Shown here one piece after another: positions 28,775 to 32,000 of a stretch of 32,000 nucleotides of DNA (position 1 is the stretch's first letter; the number at the start of each line of letters is the position of its first letter). Location of the stretch: contig CP085695.1 of the NCBI GenBank assembly GCA_029715105.1, positions 420,001 to 452,000 on the forward strand. The letters are read 5' to 3'. The DNA is from Candidatus Saccharimonadota bacterium. GTDB taxonomy: Bacteria > Pseudomonadota > Alphaproteobacteria > Rickettsiales > Anaplasmataceae. The notes beneath the pieces were generated by a model. It was not told where the DNA came from. It made no database searches and worked only from the letters and a program-made list of their open reading frames with translations. The position numbers and the translations under genes are program-made.

Positions 28775-30087
28775 TCTAACTCTAGTATATTAAAAACTCT
28801 GTCATAGATATAATTCACATGTTTTGTATAATATGTAAAATTAAACAAAGATTCAAGTTTTTTAGAATTAATAATTTCAAGCAAAGATCTATTTCGTTTC
28901 AGTTCTAATAAAAAATCTCCGTTGTCTTGTTTTACTTTCATTGCACTTTTCTGAACAATTTCATACGCTTCTTCTCTAGTTAAACCACTATTTACCAATT
29001 CTAACAATATACGTTGTGAAAAAATTAAACCTTTTGTGGAATTTAAATTCTTCTCAATATTCTCTCTATTAATCACTAACTCATCTATTAAATTCATTAA
29101 TCGTACTAAAGCAAAATCCATTATTATACAAGCATCAGGAATAATACATCTTTCTACAGAAGAATGTGATATGTCTCGTTCGTGCCATAATATAACATTT
29201 TCTAATGCAGGAAATATATAACTACGTAATAATCGCGAAAGTCCAGTAAGATTTTCACTTAAAATAGGATTACACTTATGTGGCATAGAAGAGCTTCCTT
29301 TTTGTTCGGTAGAAAAATATTCTGAAACTTCACAAATCTCGGTTCTTTGTAGATTGCGAATTTCAACAGCAACATTTTCTATTGAACTTGCAATAACTCC
29401 TAAAATTGAGAAAAATATGGCATGTCTATCACGAGGAATTACTTGAGAAGATATAGTCTCAGGTATAAGTCCCATTTTTTCTGCTACATATTCCTCAACA
29501 AACGGATGCACATTCGCAAAATTACCTACGGCACCTGATATCTTGCAAACTGAAATCTCTTTTTGAGCGTTAATCAATCTTTGATAACCTCGTTTAAATT
29601 CTGCATAAAATCTTGCAAATTTTAATCCAAGCGTAATCGGCTCTGCGTGAATTCCATGGCTGCGTCCAATACATATAACATCTTTGTAATCATCGGCCTT
29701 CTTTTTTAAAATCCTAAGCAAGTTCTTCATATTTTTAAGTAGAATATCACAAGATTCTTTTATTCGTACAGCAAGACACGTATCTAAAACATCAGAACTT
29801 GTCATTCCATAGTGAAAATAACGGATATCCACTCCAACTTTTTTAGAAATATACGTAAGAAAAGCTACAACATCATGTTTTACAACAGACTCAATTCTGC
29901 TAATTTGTTCAATATCATTAATATTAAATTCGATAGTATTAGAAAGTTTCTCAATAACATCATTTGAAATAGTACCTAATTTTACTTGAGCTTCACATGC
30001 CAGCTTTTCTATTCTAAACCAAATATTAAACTTATTACTCTCTTCCCAGATTAGAGACATTTCTTTGCGTCTATAACGAGAAATCAT
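28765..30087 (-). CDS. purB: Adenylosuccinate lyase
   Basis: Fumarate-lyase signature GSSSMPHKCNP, and N-terminal RY...EMS.IWEESNKF typical of PurB. The last 10 nt, including the TAG stop, overlap the tRNA. Confidence 0.9.
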   Translation of the reverse strand: MISRYRRKEMSLIWEESNKFNIWFRIEKLACEAQVKLGTISNDVIEKLSNTIEFNINDIEQISRIESVVKHDVVAFLTYISKKVGVDIRYFHYGMTSSDVLDTCLAVRIKESCDILLKNMKNLLRILKKKADDYKDVICIGRSHGIHAEPITLGLKFARFYAEFKRGYQRLINAQKEISVCKISGAVGNFANVHPFVEEYVAEKMGLIPETISSQVIPRDRHAIFFSILGVIASSIENVAVEIRNLQRTEICEVSEYFSTEQKGSSSMPHKCNPILSENLTGLSRLLRSYIFPALENVILWHERDISHSSVERCIIPDACIIMDFALVRLMNLIDELVINRENIEKNLNSTKGLIFSQRILLELVNSGLTREEAYEIVQKSAMKVKQDNGDFLLELKRNRSLLEIINSKKLESLFNFTYYTKHVNYIYDRVFNILELEAE

Positions 30088-30669
30088 TAAACTAACCTAT
30101 CATCTTTCTATTTCTACTACTTATCAGTATATAAAATGTTCTCATAAAACAAAATTAAATTCACTATAATAGCATTATAAAATTATTTTAAAACCATAAT
30201 AAACACAAAACCGACACCAAGTTAGCAATAAGCACTAGAATACTAAAATATGCAAAATATGAAATAAGTTATGACAAATATTTGAAGAAAATACATATTT
30301 GATCCCATCAATATTATATCAGTTATACCAACTATTTATAATAGTAAATTTTGGATTTTAAACCATTATTCTAATTCTTAGATTTACAACAAAAAATTTG
30401 TTTTACTACCCCCTGTATATAGTTAAAGACCAAATCTAGTAAATTAAAAATATCTAAAATAAAATATAATTAAGATCTATAATAAAAATTATAAATAAAT
30501 GAAAAAAGATCCCGTTTTTTATCAATTTCTTTCTTCTATTTTAAATTTATATAATTTATATTTCGTGCTAAAATATGTTGTGTTAAATTGAGAAAATTAG
30601 AAAAATCTTGACTATTTATCTATATCTGATAATAACCCCTTTTAGGAATAAAAAAGTTAAACAGTTATA

Positions 30670-30984
30670 ATGAGCAGAATTTGTGAACTGACAAATAGAA
30701 AAAAATCCTTCGGTAATAATGTATCACATTCAAATCATAAAACAAAACGTACTTTTCATTTAAATTTGTGCAATGTTACACTAATAAGTGACATTTTAAA
30801 TAAAAAATTTAAATTTCGCATATCATCTAGAACCTTAAGAACTATAGACTATAAGGGTAGTCTTGATAATTTTTTACTTAATACAAAAACGTTTAAATTA
30901 AGTAAAAAAGCACAAAAAATAAAAAGAAAATTGAAGAAAATCTTAATAGAACAAAAAAATAAAGTCGGTCATTCAGATGTATAG
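30670..30984 (+). CDS. rpmB: 50S ribosomal protein L28
   Basis: [33 protein letters not shown] is the canonical L28 N-terminus. It has a Lys-rich C-terminal extension. Confidence 0.9.
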   Translation: MSRICELTNRKKSFGNNVSHSNHKTKRTFHLNLCNVTLISDILNKKFKFRISSRTLRTIDYKGSLDNFLLNTKTFKLSKKAQKIKRKLKKILIEQKNKVGHSDV

Positions 30985-31840
30985 TAAGCCTACTTGGCTC
31001 AAGTCAAAAGTTCCCACTGGTAAAATATTCAGTAAAACTTTAAACACTGTTAAATCATATAATCTACACACAGTATGCGAAGAGGCCGCATGTCCTAACA
31101 TTGGTGAATGTTGGAATAAATATCATGCTGCTATAATGATTCTTGGCTCCATTTGTACACGTGCTTGTACATTTTGTAACGTTGTAACTGGTATTCCCAA
31201 TAAACTAGATCCATATGAGCCAAACAATTTAGCAAAAGCAGTGAAAGAATTAAATCTAAAACATATTGTTATCACTTCTGTTAATCGTGATGATTTACCA
31301 GATGGAGGGGCGAGCCAATTTATAAATTGTATAAAGGAAATTAGAAAAACAGTTGAAAAAACAACAATAGAAATTTTAACTCCTGATTTCTTAAATAAGA
31401 ATGGAGCATTTGAAGCAATTGCTATCGCTTCACCTGACGTCTATAATCATAACATTGAAACAGTACCGAGATTATATGCAAAAATAAGACCAAAAGCTCG
31501 ATATTTTCATTCATTGTATCTACTAAAAATGGTAAAACAAATTAACCCTAAGCTTTTCACTAAATCAGGACTTATGGTTGGTCTAGGAGAAACAAAAGAA
31601 GAAATACTCCAAGTTATGGACGACTTACGCAGTGCTGAAGTCGATTTTATAACAATCGGCCAATACCTGCAACCAACTCAAAAACATGTAAAAATTGATA
31701 GATATATTACCCCAGAAGAATTTGAGCAATATAAACATATTGCTTATTCCAAGGGATTTCTAATGGTTGCATCAAGCCCATTGACTAGATCATCATATCA
31801 TGCTGAAAAAGCTTTTAACAAACTCAAAATATACCGCTGA
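30977..31840 (+). CDS. lipA: Lipoyl synthase
   Basis: The [12 protein letters not shown] auxiliary-cluster motif and the CTRACTFC radical-SAM motif. It overlaps the rpmB stop by 8 nt. Confidence 0.95.
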   Translation: MYSKPTWLKSKVPTGKIFSKTLNTVKSYNLHTVCEEAACPNIGECWNKYHAAIMILGSICTRACTFCNVVTGIPNKLDPYEPNNLAKAVKELNLKHIVITSVNRDDLPDGGASQFINCIKEIRKTVEKTTIEILTPDFLNKNGAFEAIAIASPDVYNHNIETVPRLYAKIRPKARYFHSLYLLKMVKQINPKLFTKSGLMVGLGETKEEILQVMDDLRSAEVDFITIGQYLQPTQKHVKIDRYITPEEFEQYKHIAYSKGFLMVASSPLTRSSYHAEKAFNKLKIYR

Positions 31841-32000
31841 TTTTATATAACTGGAATTGTTACTCAAAAAATTTGAAATCTGAAAATTTATCTTTCTAAT
31901 TTTTTGTTGAAATAAAACTCAACTCTTCAAAAGAAGACTCTAAGAAGAAACATCATACAATATTATATTAAAGCATTGTAATACAAAATAAACAAAAATT

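Noticed and set aside
28513-28775. tRNA as an integration hotspot, or a genomic island, mobile element or defence locus nearby.
   Set aside because: There is no integrase, transposase, direct repeat of the tRNA 3' end or foreign-looking gene on either side. The flanks are rpmG and purB.
30977-30984. 8-nt overlap of rpmB and lipA, and similar 8-nt plsX/fabH and 23-nt ddl/ftsQ overlaps.
   Set aside because: These are ordinary translational coupling and compaction between co-directional genes, and are not unusual.
1-32000. CRISPR arrays, long tandem repeats, rRNA, tmRNA, RNase P or SRP RNA genes.
   Set aside because: Scanning by eye found no regularly spaced direct repeats and no GC-rich structured RNA signatures apart from the single tRNA. 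Only low-complexity AT runs and homopolymers are present.

Overview
This is a very AT-rich window (roughly 27-30% G+C by eye, not computed). The gene content and protein sequences (DnaK, MnmG, PlsX/FabH, RNase E/G, BamD, SecF) look like a reduced Rickettsiales genome, most likely Anaplasmataceae of the Ehrlichia type. That placement is inferred from my memory of homologues, not from a search. About four fifths of the window is housekeeping coding sequence: addA (partial), ispE, a znuB-like permease, holA, dut, yebC, bamD, secF, ftsQ, ddl, rpmF-plsX-fabH, pepP, mnmG, a SpoU methyltransferase, a BI-1/YccA protein, cox11, murE, metC, bolA, dnaK, rne/rng, rpmG, one tRNA(CAU), purB, rpmB and lipA. 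The rest is long AT-rich spacer. I found no mobile element, CRISPR array, integrase, toxin or defence-like cassette, and no convincing multi-gene novel system. Three conserved genes are interrupted. holA has a +1 frameshift. cox11 has a frameshift at a T10 tract. ftsQ has several same-frame stop codons, while ddl and murE remain intact. Other points worth a second look: the purB stop codon lies inside the downstream tRNA; a stand-alone orphan membrane protein has an Inc-like hydrophobic N-terminus; bolA-metC-murE form a tight cluster; a 1.1 kb spacer next to mnmG is extremely G-depleted and contains an A15 tract; and an alphaproteobacterial RpoH-type promoter sits upstream of dnaK. Either frameshift could be a homopolymer sequencing error.
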